This document shows, piece after piece, positions 25,150-38,950 of a stretch of 64,000 nucleotides of DNA (its first letter is position 1; each line of letters begins with the position of its first letter). The translations under genes were made by a program, and so were the position numbers. The notes under the pieces are model-generated. The model saw only the letters and a list, made by a program, of their open reading frames with translations, ran no database searches and was not told the origin of the DNA. Location: NCBI RefSeq assembly GCF_009914755.1, contig NC_060925.1; one strand, written 5' to 3'. The DNA is from the human T2T-CHM13v2.0 reference genome, Homo sapiens.

Positions 25150-28100
25150 CCACTGTGGGCTCTTCTGCTGTGGGTTTTCCTCTTTGTGCCACCTCCTGCT
25201 TTCACACCGATTTCATCCACTCCTACTAAAGCAATAGAGTCTGGGGGTTCTAGGATGCATAGACACCCACTGGGATCCAAATTCCTCAGCTGCCGGCAGC
25301 TCAGTGGGGGCTCACATGTGCAGTGGGTTCTCCCTGAGCCCCTGAGGCCTCCAGCTGAGGGCTTTGGGAACCCTGGTGTTTGCAGCAAGCCTGAGTCTCT
25401 GAGACTGCAGAGGGGCTGGGGAGGAAGCTAGGGGATCCTCTGCCTTGGCTGCAATCTCAAGCCCCCCGGAGGAGGAAGCAGCAAGGCGCCTGCTGGTTTT
25501 CTGCTCAGGGTTAGCACATGTGGTGCAGCGGTGAGCAGATTGCAGGTTGCTAGGATGGGTCCAAGGTCAACGACAGCCCCGGAAGGCAGCTGGTTAGGGC
25601 TTACAGGGTGGTCTCCACCCCACTCTCCCCTCTGGAGGTCCAGTTCTCCACACCCCTCCAGACCCTGGCCAACGGCAAGCCTAAACCCAGTCTTCATGCA
25701 GAGAAGCGGCTTTGGAGGAAGTGTGTCCTTTGCTCTAGGAAGGAACATTTGCAGTCAGGGCTGTGTGTGGAATTTTTATTCCTCTAATACAGCCTAGGCA
25801 GGATTTAGTACACGAGTTCTCCAGAGGAAATGCATTCAATAAAAATTTGATGGGCTTCGGCAGCTCAGCAGAATCTCCTTACGAATTCCAAGTGTTTGTT
25901 TGGTCCCTGGCTTGGGCAGGAGCTCAGCCACGTTCTGCAAGTGGCCTCTTTAGTGAGGGAGCCCTTGGAGGAAGGACTCCCTCCACATCTGGAAAGTCGC
26001 CTTCAGCCCCCGGCTTTCCCAAGAAGGAGCAGGATTGCTTCACCAGGTCGAGGAGTGGGGGGGCCTCTGGCCTTTGACCCCAAGGAGAAGCGAAGCCCCA
26101 GGGCTCTGGAATCGGGCCCTCATAAATGAGATGAGGACACTGAGCACTGGAGGGGGATTCAATGCCGACGGAGATGTGAAGTCAGCGCAAGAATAGAAAT
26201 GGCCTCGCTGGGCTTAGTGGGGGATGTGTAGTACGTTTCCAGAGATCACCCCTGTACTTCATTCGCTCAGCACACAAGAGCTCCCCTACAAGGGCTGAAG
26301 CGAGGCAGGCAGCCCTGCCCTGTGGCCCCTGCCCCGCACCCCCTGCCCCGCACCCCATGGCTCACCCTGGGCACAGATGTGCTTGGAGGGAAACACACAC
26401 TAGAAGCTTCCTGTGGGCAACGGCCATGTCCATTTGGCTCTCTACTCTCCCCTCTTAGCCGGGGCCTGGCACACAGAGTGGGGTCAGTCAGCGTCAGGAC
26501 AATGGGGTGGGCGTGTCATGGGCTCTGTGGAATGGGGGAGCCTGCTGGCCACCCCTCTGGCTTGTGAGGTAAATCCAGGCACAAGCCCTAGAAGCCTTGG
26601 CTTTTACCAACAGGGCCAGACGATCAGAAAAGTGCCCCGGGCTCTGCTGCCCTTGGAGAGTCAGGGCTGGGGGCCGAGAGCAAGGGTCCAGGGCATGGAG
26701 GGCCCTCCCGCCTGGGTTTTTGCTTACAGATGGAGAAGTGGGATTATTAAGCCAGAGGGTGTGCTTCAGAAGGTGTGCTTACGAAGGGGCTTTCGGGTCA
26801 CAATGCAGAGAACTTCCTCGCAGTGAGCAGCCTTGGGTCCTGGGGTAATACAGCCAGCCCAGGTAGAGGACCATGGAGTTGGCCTGGGTCTCCCTCTGGC
26901 CTGGCCCTGGCTGGCCACCTTCGCCGAAGGGGAGGGAATGGTCGCTGCCCTCCCCCACCATTTCCAGGGTCAGGTGCCAGACCTGGGCCTCATCTGCCTT
27001 TGCAGGGCATTTGGGAAGCACTTAGCCAGGCCTGACAGTGGCCAGGCTGCTTCATAAGACGCCTGGTGGTGAGTAAAACCCCAAGTCTAGGGCACCTGAA
27101 GGCTCTCTCAGGGTAGTTTCCCATTTCCGTCAGGTTCAGCTCAGCTCGATTCTTAGATGTGTGGCCCTCGGGAGGTGGGGGGAGCCTCCTGTTTGTGTGT
27201 AGCCTGCCCACCCACAGTGATGCCCACTCGGATGCTGTGCCCACCACACCTGCTGACGGAGTTCCCTGCGAGTGTGACGCATCTGGCCGGCTCTGAGCCA
27301 CCTCCGCTGCCCCGCACTTGTGTCCCAGGGGACAGAAGCATGGAGGCTGGAGAGGAGCCAGAGGAAGGGCTGGGGGAGGGGAGTCAGGAGCTGGGGGCCT
27401 CAGAACGGGAGAACCAGGTGAACAGTCTGACCCCAAAGGGCAGCCAGAGGGGCCTCCCGGGCAGGAGAGGGTGGCAGCCTCAGCCGAGACTGGCCATGCC
27501 TGCCATCCCAAGGGCCTCTGTGGGCAGTGGTGGGTTCTTAGGATACCATGGCCGGGGGACTCTGTGTCCTCACTGTGGGGAACGGGTGGGGACTGACTTT
27601 GGACCCAGGCCAAGGGTCTGCAATCAGCCTCCCGGGTCCTGCCAGGCTCTGCTGCCCAGGAGGTCTCAGGTGACAACCAGGCCATGCAGCCACGCTCACC
27701 TTCCTCTACTGTCTCTCACAGTCTCATGGCCCCGTGGAACCCCCAGGTGTGGCTCCTGGTACCCAGGCTTGGAGAATGTGTCCAGCTGTCCTGCCCCCTT
27801 GCTGCCTGGGCTTGGCCTGGGCACAGGGCTCTGCTTCCCTTTGGTATCTGAGGACCCTGCTAGACAGACCCCTGTCCGTCAGGGAGGCCTTCTCAGCCTC
27901 GGGCAGGGAGTGTGGGCCTCACAGGCCACCTGCTTCCAGGGCCCTCAGAGCTGCCTGGTCTTTCTGCCAACTGACTCCAAGATCAAGCTTTTGGGGCTTC
28001 CAGCTTGGTGTGGGGTTGACCCCACCTGCCTGCTCCACCTGCAAGAGGGAAGAGGTTGGGGATGCACCAAAGATGCCCACAGCCATGTACTAGAGGGGAG

Positions 28101-28315
28101 AGGTGAGGTCCAGAACATTCTAGAGCAGTGGTCCTCCATGTTTTTCCTACCCTAGCAGTAAAAATGTCTAGGCCCACTGGGAATAGCGGCTCTGGACCGT
28201 TAGGGCAGCAGACCAGCCTTTCCTAGAGGGCATGGACATCTCACAAGTGCCTCTTACAGTGACACAGCTGGCCTTTCTCAGAATGCCATGCCCACCACCT
28301 CACTGGGCAGAATCA

Positions 28316-28563
28316 CTGGGCAGGAGGAGTTCAGTGTAGCGCACAGCCTCCTTCACGGGCGGACATGGCACAAGCACACAGATGCCTCATGGGCACAGCT
28401 GGGCAGGAGGAGTTCAGTGTAGCGCACAGCCTCCTTCACGGGCGGACATGGCACAAGCACACAGATGCCTCATGGGCACAGCTGGGCAGGAGGAGTTCAG
28501 TGTAGCGCACAGCCTCCTTCACGGGCGGAAGTGGCACAAGCACACAGATGCCTCATGGGCACA
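28316..28563 (+). repeat. 83-bp tandem repeat x3
   Basis: Copies start at 28316, 28399, 28482; copies 1 and 2 identical, copy 3 has GGAAGTGG for GGACATGG. Confidence 0.98.
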
Positions 28564-29834
28564 TGCATAATATTCACCTGGAGGCCAAGTGCACACATGT
28601 TTGTTGCACAGCTAGCTGGCCAGTGGCAGGAAAGGAGGCCCTGAGTGGCCTCCAGGACCTTTGCCCATGGGCCACAGCAGGACTGGCTGCAGCTGCTCCC
28701 ACCACATCCCCGGCAGCCAAGTCGAGGCTCCCTCTGGCTTCTGAGGGCTGCTGCAAGCACTGCGGTCACTGAGTTTAGGGCCTACCTGAGGGGTGTGCTG
28801 GGACGTGGGCGTCTAGTGCAAAAGAAAAACAGTCCTGGGCGGCCCAGGACAGACAGAGCGTGCCACCCTCCCCCAGCTCCAGCCCACCCTCTCCACGGCC
28901 CCAGAGCTGCCTGCTGGAGACAGCGGGAAAAGGAGCTTGTGCAGGCCCAGATGGGGCCGGGAGGGGACCTGGACTTCAGATGAGGCCACCCACCCAGGGC
29001 TGCAGTTTCAGGGACCTGGCGGTGCCCCAGGGGCAGGGTGTTCCTCCCATGGTCAGGTGGGGGGACCAGGCCAGGAGACAGCCCACCCAGAGGCCACATG
29101 AGGCAGCACATTTGGGTCTGGCAGAAGTGTTGACAGATAACCTTGGAATGTCCTCGGGTGGCACAGGGGGACACCACAGTCCGCTGAGCAGGGTCCACTG
29201 TACCTGGTCTTCTCAGTCTGGGACGGTCTTGGGTGTCTGGCCCCAGTGCTCATGGTCACCTGGGGTACAGGAGCGAGGGCTGCTGAGGTCCCAGCGGGCA
29301 CAGCTGACCTGTGGGCGCTTCACCTGCACGACCTCACCTGCCCCTCCCAGTCCGAGAGGCCTCCTCACCCAGGTTCTCAGGCGGGCAGGTTTGGTGGGGG
29401 CAGGCTGCAGCAGTGTGGAAAGCAGAAGCCAGTGAAAGGGGAGGCAGAGCTCTTCACATCAGTGATGACAGAACGGCCCAGACCAGAGGGAAGCGGAGGG
29501 TGGAGAATCGCAGACGAGGAAGCCGGCCAGAGGCTGCCTGGGGAACAGACCACCCCCACCCTCTATAACCTCGCTGTGGCACTGGGCTTCAGCATGAGGA
29601 CTTGGGAGCAGGAACTGGGAATGAAAGGAACACACCAGAACCAGGAAAATCTTCCAGGTGTGGCAAAGGAGAGCAGGGGTGGGACTGAGTCCCAGGTGCC
29701 CCAGGGCCCTGAGCCCGGTTCCCAGAGGAGGGAAGTGAGCCCGGCCCAGCCCTGCCCTGGAGCCCCGGCCCCACTCCCAGGGGGAAGGTTGGAGGTTTGG
29801 GCTTCCTCAACCCACCACCGGACACCTGTGCACT

Positions 29835-30730
29835 CAGTCACACACAGTCTCATGCTCACACTCAAAATTCACACTCAAAATTCACACTCTCATACTAACA
29901 CTCAAAATTCACACTAACACTTCATACTGAAACTCAAAATTCACACTAACATCTCATACTCACCCTTATAATGTACACATGCTCACAAGCTCACTCAAAA
30001 TTCACACGCACACTCACACGCTCACACTCAAAAGTCACACTCTCATACTAATGTTCAACATTCACACTAACACCTCATGCTGAAACGTAAAATTCACTCT
30101 AACATCTCATGCTCACACTCGAAATGCACACTCACACGCTCACACTCAAAATTCACACTAGCATCATGCTCACACAAAATCTCACATGCTCACACTCAAT
30201 GCAAACTCACATGCTTACACTCAAAATTCACATTAACATGCTCACACAGAACTACACCCATGCTTACACTCAAAAATCACACAGAATTCACACTCGCTTT
30301 CATACTAACACTCAAAATTCACACTATCTCTTGCTCACACTCAAAATTCACTCACACTTATGTACTCACAATCAAAATTCACACACACTCAAAATTTGCA
30401 CTTGCGCTGATACTGACACTCAAAATTCACACTAACATCTCATGCTCACACTCAAAACTCATGCTCACATTATCACACTCAAAATTCACACTTGCTCTCA
30501 TATTGACACTCAAAATTCACACCCACACTTACATGCTCACCCTCTAACCCTCTCACATTCACACACTCACACTCACTCCCACACTCACACAACACACACG
30601 CTCACACTCACATACATAACACCCTCACAGTGGCACACTCACCGATACACACTTGCTCACACAAAACTCACGCTCACATATTTGCACACTCGCACACACC
30701 CTGCCTTTTGCACATGGCTGCACACACCCC
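29835..30730 (+). repeat. Degenerate CA-rich minisatellite (CTCATGCTCACACTCAAAATTCACACTAACAT-like) grading into CA/CT simple repeat
   Basis: CTCAAAATTCACAC and variants recur ~20 times between 29860 and 30520. Confidence 0.93.
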
Positions 30731-31552
30731 TACCAGCTCCAGCTCTCCGGCTCTCCCTGCCTCCTGGCTGCTCTGATGTGAGGAGCCGTCTCTGCACAGG
30801 TGCCTGCAGGCTGCAGGCTGGGGAGGGGGCACACGCCTGGCACGGGGGTCTATCGGAGCTGTTTACTCCCCCAAGCAGCACTTGGCCTCACTTCCTTTCT
30901 CTCTCATCTTTGGCACCTGAAAAACCCCAACATTCCCAGGAGGGCAAACAGGCCCTTTATTACCTCGTGGGCTCAGAACACAGCATCTTAGTAATTGAAA
31001 GTGGCTTGACTCAAATTGCATTTTCCGAGGAGCCCTGCAAGATGGAAGTGCAGGAAGGAGGGAGGCAGGGTGGAGGGAAGCTGCAAGCGCCAGCCCCCGA
31101 GCAGGCAACAGGTAGGGGCCCAGGCCCCAGGGGCCTCTCCAGTCTGCTGGCAACTTTGGGGCCCACGGGCCACGTCCAGATAAGAGCAGACCTGGACCCC
31201 ACCTGCAAAGGGAGTCCAAGCTCTGAGCGGGCAGCCTCTGCCACCTGCGCCAGCCTCCTAACAAGCCTCCACCCCACCTCCGGGTCTTCCCAGCTGGGCA
31301 CTCGGTGGCCTCCCTGCCTGGCACACCGCAGCTCTCCAGCGTGTGTCTGTTGACCGAATGCTGGTCCAAGCCCCAGGGCTTTGCCACGTGGCTCCCACTC
31401 TGTAATGCCCACTTGTTCCTTCACCAAGTCATGACGATACCAGTAGGGTTTATGGGGCACTTGGCTGTGTTCCAAACAGGGAGCGAAGCCCTCGCTTATG
31501 ATCTCATCAAATCGGTTCCGTACCCTGAGAAGGTAGGAAGTGGTGCTGTTGT

Positions 31553-31640
31553 CACATTATAGATGGGGAACCTGGAGCCCAGAGAGGTGGAGCTGGGCTT
31601 TGCCTGGGGCCCTGACTCTGAGCTTGGGCTTGAAGCAGGA
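31553..31640 (-). mobile_element. MIR fragment
   Basis: CATTATAGATGGGGAACCTGGAGCCCAGAGAGGT resembles the antisense MIR core. Confidence 0.6.
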
Positions 31641-31979
31641 CAGTGCCGGGCCCGGGCCTCCGGTGGACCCTCCACAGACCCCTGTCACAGCCATGGGGAG
31701 CACCAGTGGTGGGCAGAGGGCCTGACTCCTGCATCCCACACCCGTCGGAAGAGGCGCTTCAGAGGCCCCTGGAAGCTGGGACGTGGGGCTGGTGAGGCTT
31801 GAAAAAGCCTCCTCAAAAATCCTGCTACTTTGATTTGTCGCTAGTCCTGACGATTATTTTGAAATTCCTTGCAGCACTAAAGAAGACTAGCAAAGCAGGG
31901 GGCGGACTAAAGTGGGCGGGAAATGCTGCTTTCATGCATCTGCGTGTTGACAGGTATGACCTCCCTGCTCACCCTGAGT

Positions 31980-32068
31980 TCTCTGAGTCACCTCTGTGCC
32001 CCCAGCACCCAGCACTGTGCCTGGCTCAGGGCAAAGGCTCAGAGAATATTTGTTGAGTCAGTGAATGA
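31980..32068 (+). mobile_element. L2 3' end, followed by a GGA/GGAA-rich tract to ~32180
   Basis: CCCCAGCACCCAGCACTGTGCCTGGC...GCTCAGAGAATATTTGTTGAG..TGAATGA. Confidence 0.8.
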
Positions 32069-33684
32069 GGGAAGGAGGGAGGGAAGAGAGAAGGGAGGAG
32101 GAAAGTGGGGCAAGAGATGAAGAATGGAAGGAGGTTAGGAAGGTTGGAAGGGTGGAGGGAGGGAAGGGAGGGAGGGACAGTCCTAGAATAGGAGAGGGAG
32201 CAGGAAGACAAGGCCTCCCAGCCCTGGCCCTGGAGGAGAGGGGCATCCACACCCACTTAGCCTGTCTGCCAAAATTAATGCATTCTAGCTCCCTGCAAAC
32301 CTTCTCCCCCTCTTGATTTCTGCAACTCACTCAGCTAATGAGGAAGAAAGTGAAGGCCCCTTCCCATACAGGGCTGGAAAACGTGCAAAAAAAATGCCCA
32401 TGGCCTGAGACCAGGCGCTACAGGCTATGGGCAGGACAAGCCTGGGCCTCCCTTCCCGGGTCTGTCCTGGGCTCCCTGGCTGCTGTGGGTCCCCCCAGGC
32501 AAGATACTCACCCCACTGGGATGGCTGAGCAGAGAGCTGGAGGCAGCAAATGGAAGCACCATCTACTGGGAACCTCATGTCCCTAAAGAATAAGCAGGTT
32601 GCTTCTGTCACCACTTTTTTCAATTTAAAGGAGAGTGTGTTGGAACCGTCTTACAAATGCATCTGTTACATCAAACCAAAGCCTGGGCGCCTTTTCTCTC
32701 TTTCACTTTATCCCATCCTCACGCTAAAAATACAGCTGGAAGATAAACAGAGCAGCGCTGGCCAGATGACAGAGCTGCCTCCCCCAGAGCCAGGCAACAC
32801 TTGGGGGTCGGGGGAGCCAGGATTCAGAACAGAGAGAAAACACCGTGACACGGGTTTGATTTCTAAACTGTCGGACCCAGCAGGCTTTATAGTCCACAGA
32901 CACTTGTACCATTCTTTCCCCTCCTGGTTTACTCTATTTCTGGATTATTGTCTGTAAGTTTCAGAATGGCTCAGGATCCCTGAGTGGTTTATAAATTAGG
33001 GCTGTATTCTGGGAGCACCCAGTAGTGCTGCTGTATTTTAGGTGGTGTCAGAGTTTCCATTATAAACCCCATTTCTCAGAGGTTTATAACTTGGCCGTAA
33101 AAACGTACTGAGGCCTGAGGCTGGGACCCTACGGTGCACAGCTGCTGGGTCCCTTCCATGCCCCCAGGTGGGGACATCCAGTTGGCCTACAACAGAGAAC
33201 AAGAGGCTAGGAGACCTGGGCTTTGCCTCCTGGTGTGAGGGGATGTGGACATGGGGCCTCCCCTTGCCAGCCAGGAGAGCTATGTGGTCCAAAGTCTGCT
33301 CATAAAGGATTTTCCATGAGTTCACAAGGCCATGAAGCTTTTTAGCAGCCCAGCGACCAAGGGGGAAAAGCTACACTGACTCTCAGTGACCACAACCTCT
33401 GTCACTCCCGAGTCATCCTGCAAAAACAAACAAACAAACAACAACAAAAAAAAACACTGTCCTCCGAGGCCATCCAGGCCCCCTTTGTACAAGCTCCTGA
33501 CCCAGTGACCCAACAGATACATTTCAGACTGATTTTCACATCAGGAGGAGATTCCACGCTTGGTACGACGGCACTCGAGATAACACTCCCCGTTTTCATT
33601 AAAGGGCAAGCTACCAAGGGTCACCTGTTTGGGATATTGAAGGGGTAAAGGCCAACAGTTCTTAGGTCTAAGGAGTTTGTAAAA

Positions 33685-33780
33685 AATATGCAAATGCCTG
33701 GGCCCCACCCCCGGGAATTCTGGGTGCCCCACTCTGGGGTAGAGCCCAGAATGGCTGTTTCGTTCAGCGATCCCCAGGCT
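33685..33780. mobile_element. MER5-like hAT-Charlie fragment
   Basis: ATGCAAATGCCTGGGCCCCACCCC...TCTGGGGTAGAGCCCAGAA...TCCCCAGG resembles the MER5A internal palindrome. Confidence 0.6.
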
Positions 33781-34669
33781 GGCATTGGAGGGTCCATCCC
33801 ACCTCTGACACCTGCTGGCATTGATGCACCTTGCTTCGCCCCTGGGGGCTCACCTGTCCCATGGGAAGGAAGGTAGTGCCACCTTCCCACTTGTTAAGAG
33901 GATCAGGGGCAGTGCCCTCCCAATAGTGACACATAGGTCACAGCTGTAGCTCGTACTATGACTGCGATGGGCAGAGCCCAGTCTGCCACAGGCACTGGAG
34001 AAGGAAGAGGATTTCACACAGAGGTTCCAGAGTCCATCAACAATCCATCAGAAATGACGTCAAGAATCTTTCAAGTGATGAAATTCTTGGGGCGAGAATG
34101 TGTGGTTTATACAAGCAGCCTTTACCTCCAGCCTTTCCAGAAACTCACATAAAATGAGTTTCCTCCATTGTGTTTACCCTACTGGGGACAGCAGGACCTT
34201 TGTCCTCCTGCTCCAGGATGGCTCTCTACCTTCCAGGCATCCCAGTTCATAAACACACACTGTAATTCCTACTTTTGTTTGAGAGCATTGCTTGGGGTCC
34301 CGGTGGTTTGGGAGTCACTGTACCTTTGCCAGCGTGACCCTGCCCCATCTGCCTGTCCACATCCTACACCCTCCATCGCCCCACTCTAAAGCCACCTTTT
34401 CCAGGGAGGCTCCTGGGAGCTTCGAGCCTCCCCTCTTTAAACTCTCCGTGTGTGTTACTCCTTCGGCACTCGCCCGATTGCCCGAGGCATTCTTTCCACA
34501 GCCAGAAACTCAGCACCTGCTACTGGGTGTCAGCCGAGCCTCCTGGAAGGCAGGAACTGTGCCTACGAGCATTTCCAACCCCCTTCCCAATTAGCAGGGC
34601 ACCTTGCATAGTAGGTTTATCAACTTTCAGTTAAGCCAGGATAATGCAGGATAGCACCAGGGGACACTT

Positions 34670-34875
34670 CAGACTTCGAATCAGAAAGCCTTGAGTTCAC
34701 ATCCTGGAGGGACACCCTAGTAGCTCCGTGACCTTGAGTGTCCACTTTCTTTCCTGTAATGTGGGGATCATCACCCATATATTAAGTGTTATGAGAAAAA
34801 GAAATAATGAATGTAAATCACTTGGCATCTTTGTGGCATTTAAGCATGTGCAGGATGATAATTATCATTATCACC
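34670..34875 (+). mobile_element. MIR
   Basis: TGAGTTCACATCCTGG...TAGCTCCGTGACCTTGAG...CTGTAATGTGGGGATCAT...ATGTAAATCACTTGGCA...ATTATCATTATC. Confidence 0.75.
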
Positions 34876-35544
34876 ATGGACACAAGCTCCTGTTCTGGGA
34901 GAATAGCCCAAAGGCACAGGATCCTGGGGTGCCCAGGTGTTCCTGAGATATGTCTGTGGCTGTCTCTCCATCACATGGAACATCTGGGAACTTTTCCAGC
35001 TGCTGCTAGGCATTCCCCACATCCCGGGGTCCAGCAGAAGGGAAGGAAGCCATCTGGAGTTCTGGAGTTCTGACCAGTGTATTCTGACCCCACCAGAGGC
35101 AGTTTCTCACCAGATTCTTGCTGCCAGATCTCAAAAGGCAGGTGAGGTTTCCTGGACCTCCCCTTTCCCTAGAATCTGGCCAGGTGTTTCCCGTGGCTGG
35201 GGCTCCTGGGCACTTGGGACCTGGGCAGAGACTGTGGAGCTGGCGGCTTTCCTGGTCCCCAAACTCCACTTTGTAGAGGAAACACCTAATACACCATCCC
35301 CTGGGAGACAAGAACACAGGCCAGAAGAAATCGCAGTCTGCAGGGAGCTCTCTTTGTTTTCTCAGTTTCTTCTGAGGTTCCTAGAATTTCTAATCCAGAT
35401 TCAGGAACCACAGGCTTATCTGGATAGATGGGTTGCCTGGCTCTGCGCTCAGCTGCCACTCAGGGACTGGGAGCCACTCAGCTGCCTGGAAGGAACTGAG
35501 GCCTTTCCTTGGGAGAGCACAAGCTGTCAGCTCATGAAAGTGCT

Positions 35545-35830
35545 TTCATTCATTCATTCTTTCATTCATTTATTCAGAAATGTTTACTGAGCACCTGCTC
35601 TGTACCAATCACTGTTCTGGGTGTCTGGAATATGCCAAAGATAAAGCAGAGAACCTTGCATCAGGGGCAAGGAGATGGCCCCAAACGATGGGCAGAATCA
35701 TCAGTTATGTAACATGTGGAAGGTATCAGTGTTATGGGAAAGAAACAATAAAGCCAGACAAGGCCTGTAAGGGGGAGATTGGGGTGGTCCTGGAGGGATG
35801 ACAAGATGCAATTTCAAATGGTGGGGCAAG
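35545..35830 (-). mobile_element. L2 3' end
   Basis: (TTCA)n then ATGTTTACTGAGCACCTGCTCTGTACCA..CACTGTTCTGGGTG. Confidence 0.85.
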
Positions 35831-35840
35831 GGTAGCAAAT

Positions 35841-36150
35841 TAGTCAGGTTTGCGGCAACACTGCTCGGTAACAAACAGTCTGGGAATCTCAGCGGCTGAC
35901 AGGACCGCATAGTTATTTGATTGTAGGCAGATTCAGTGGCTGTGTCCAGGCTGAGGGGTGGCTTCAAGTCTATTCCAGGGGTCTCGCCCTGGACCTGGAC
36001 TGGGGCTTGGTTTTCTGAGAGCAGAAGGCGGGAGGGCCGTTGGCCATGCAAGCTGCTGCTCAGACACAGGGAAGTCATATCCACTCCTATCACGCTGGCC
36101 AGAGCAAGTTACATAGCAAAACCCAGCATCCGTAACATAGAGAGTGGGGA
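35841..36150 (-). mobile_element. Old MaLR LTR (MLT1J/K-like)
   Basis: TAGTCAGG...GGTAACAAACA...AATCTCAGCGGCT and TGGCCAGAGCAAGTTACATAGCAAAACCCAGCATC are characteristic. Confidence 0.7.
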
Positions 36151-36793
36151 AGGAAGCAATACTAGCTGCTGAACAGAAGTGCATCCTCCCAAAGCCAGCA
36201 GGACAAGCCCCTGAGAAGGTGTCTCCTGTGAGCCATGCCTTGGAGGCTGGGAGGGAGGGAGCCAGGAGAAGACTAGGTAGGACAGGGCATCAGGGCAAGG
36301 GGACAGTCAGAGAGGGCAGAGACCTCTTTGTGGAAGTGAGCAGAGGCTGCAAAATGGCAGAAGAAAAGGTACTAGAAAGTGCCAGAAGGGAAGATGGCAG
36401 GGGTCCCTTGAGTTGCTGGAAAGGCTTGGCCTCCCACTGAGCAAGGTGAGAATCTGGTGGGTTTTGAGTGACAGGCACTGACTCCCATCCCAACACCACC
36501 CCGTGCCCCCTTCACTGCAGGGACACCATAGGGGAAAAGGGGAGACCAGGGAGGTGCTTGTGACGACCCAGGTGGGAGGTGATGCGGACCTCCAGGGTAG
36601 AGCTGTGGGGTGGGGAGAAGCGGCCGATTCTGGGCAGATTCAGAGGTCAAGCCACCGGCCTGCCAGATGCTAGGATGTGGGAGAGAAAGAGAAACTTCCA
36701 GGCTGACTCGTGGTCTTGCCATCGTAATGGCAGCTGGGTGGGGTCAGGAGAGCCACCTTGGAATTTCAGCTTGGAGAGGCCTGTGGGGACATC

Positions 36794-37555
<762 letters not shown>

Positions 37556-38383
37556 ACATCCAAGGAAGAAGGACTTCTCCCCAGAGAGGGAACAGTCCCT
37601 CACATCTGGCTCAGATCTCCATGCCTCGGAGCCTCTTCCAGCTCCCTAGCACAAGGAGGAAAGAGGAGGATTCTCCTTAGACCTCCAGCCCTTCCTAGCC
37701 AGACCCCACCCCAAGAGGAAACAAGCAAAGAGCAGTTGCCCAAACACAGGGCAGACAGGCAGTGCCTGGGCCAGAGTCTCTCTGCTCAGGAGCCAGGTGC
37801 TCCAGAAGGGAAGGGCATGAGTGGGGAAGGGCATTGACTTGTTCTGCATTGAGTTAACATTCCTTGAGCACCTATGATGTGGCATGGCATCACGGAGCAC
37901 TTGCAGATGTGTCAGAGGGAGCACCAGGGGCTGGGAAGGGGCTGGAGGTGGCCTCCTGGAAAGACTTTGAAGGACATATGAGATTTGTCCTAAGGAGAAA
38001 AGAGAGATCCTTTTGCATAGAAACAACTCATTTGGGAAATGCAAGCAGGGAGAGCCCTGTGCCCAGACTGCAGGGTAAGGCCCCAAGGGGCAGAGACCTG
38101 TGGCAGGGTGCTTCTGGCCAACCAGCCAAGGGGCATGAGCAGACAGTGGGAAGAGAGGAATCCTCTTCCCACTGGGCAGCCTGGTCCTGGTGCAGACATC
38201 CACCTGGAGCTGTGGGGCCTGGAGTGCCTGAGAATGTTCCATTCGGGGCCCAAGAGGCCCGCCCCCCACCACCCCATTATTCGCTGCAGAGCACCTGCTT
38301 GGGATGCAGACTGAGATTCAAAACAGTCCCAGAGGAAAAACCTAAAGAGCAAATGTCTGTTCCTCCTACTCCCCTTTGAGAGC

Positions 38384-38687
38384 CAGGTGGTCCTCCTGGG
38401 CTCCCTCCACCCAGGATCATCAGGCCGGCCCTCCCCTGCTCCCTTCACCTGGGATCATCAGGCTGGTCCTTCCCGGCTCCCTCCACCTGGGATCATCAGG
38501 CTGGTCCTCCCCGGCTCCCTCCACCTGGGATCATCAGGCTGGTCCTCCCCGGCTCCCTCCACCTGGGATCATCAGGCTGGTCCTCCCCGGCTCCCTCCAG
38601 CTGGGATCATCAGGCTGGTCCTCCCCGGCTCCTTCCACCTGGGATCATCAGGCTGGTCCTCCCCGGCTGCCTCCACCTGGGATCATC
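38384..38687 (+). repeat. 38-bp minisatellite x8 (CAGGCTGGTCCTCCCCGGCTCCCTCCACCTGGGATCAT)
   Basis: Unit starts 38384, 38421, 38459, 38497, 38535, 38573, 38611, 38649. Confidence 0.98.
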
Positions 38688-38814
38688 CCAGGTGTCCCCT
38701 TGCTCATGTCACTCACCGGCAGAGCTTATCTGGCCCTGGCAGCTTCCTGCTCTTGTGGCCTTGGAAGGGTTCCTGAGACATCAGGAAGAAAGAGGCCTTA
38801 AGGAGCATTGCCTA

Positions 38815-38950
38815 AGTCTCGGACTGTGGCACCAAAACACCCGATTCCTGTCCGGGCTCTGCCTCTGTATGTGACTTCAGGTGAGTCATTCAACCTCTGG
38901 GTGCCCAATTTCCTCATGGGCTTATGTATGTAAGTACTTAGCTCACAGCC
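38815..38950 (+). mobile_element. MIR fragment
   Basis: GGCTCTGCCTCT..ATGTGACTTCAGGTGAGTCATTCAACCTCTGGGTGCCCAATTTCCTCAT. Confidence 0.75.

Noticed and set aside
27157-28155. 332-aa ORF in non-repeat sequence
   Set aside because: Non-ATG start, Pro/Gly/Leu/Cys-rich composition typical of random GC-rich DNA, overlapping ORFs in other frames, no family I recognise.
33500-33630. CpG-containing stretch resembling a coding exon on the minus strand (VTLGSLPFNENGECYLECRRTKRGISS)
   Set aside because: Ends in a stop, no convincing polypyrimidine tract, no recognisable homology.
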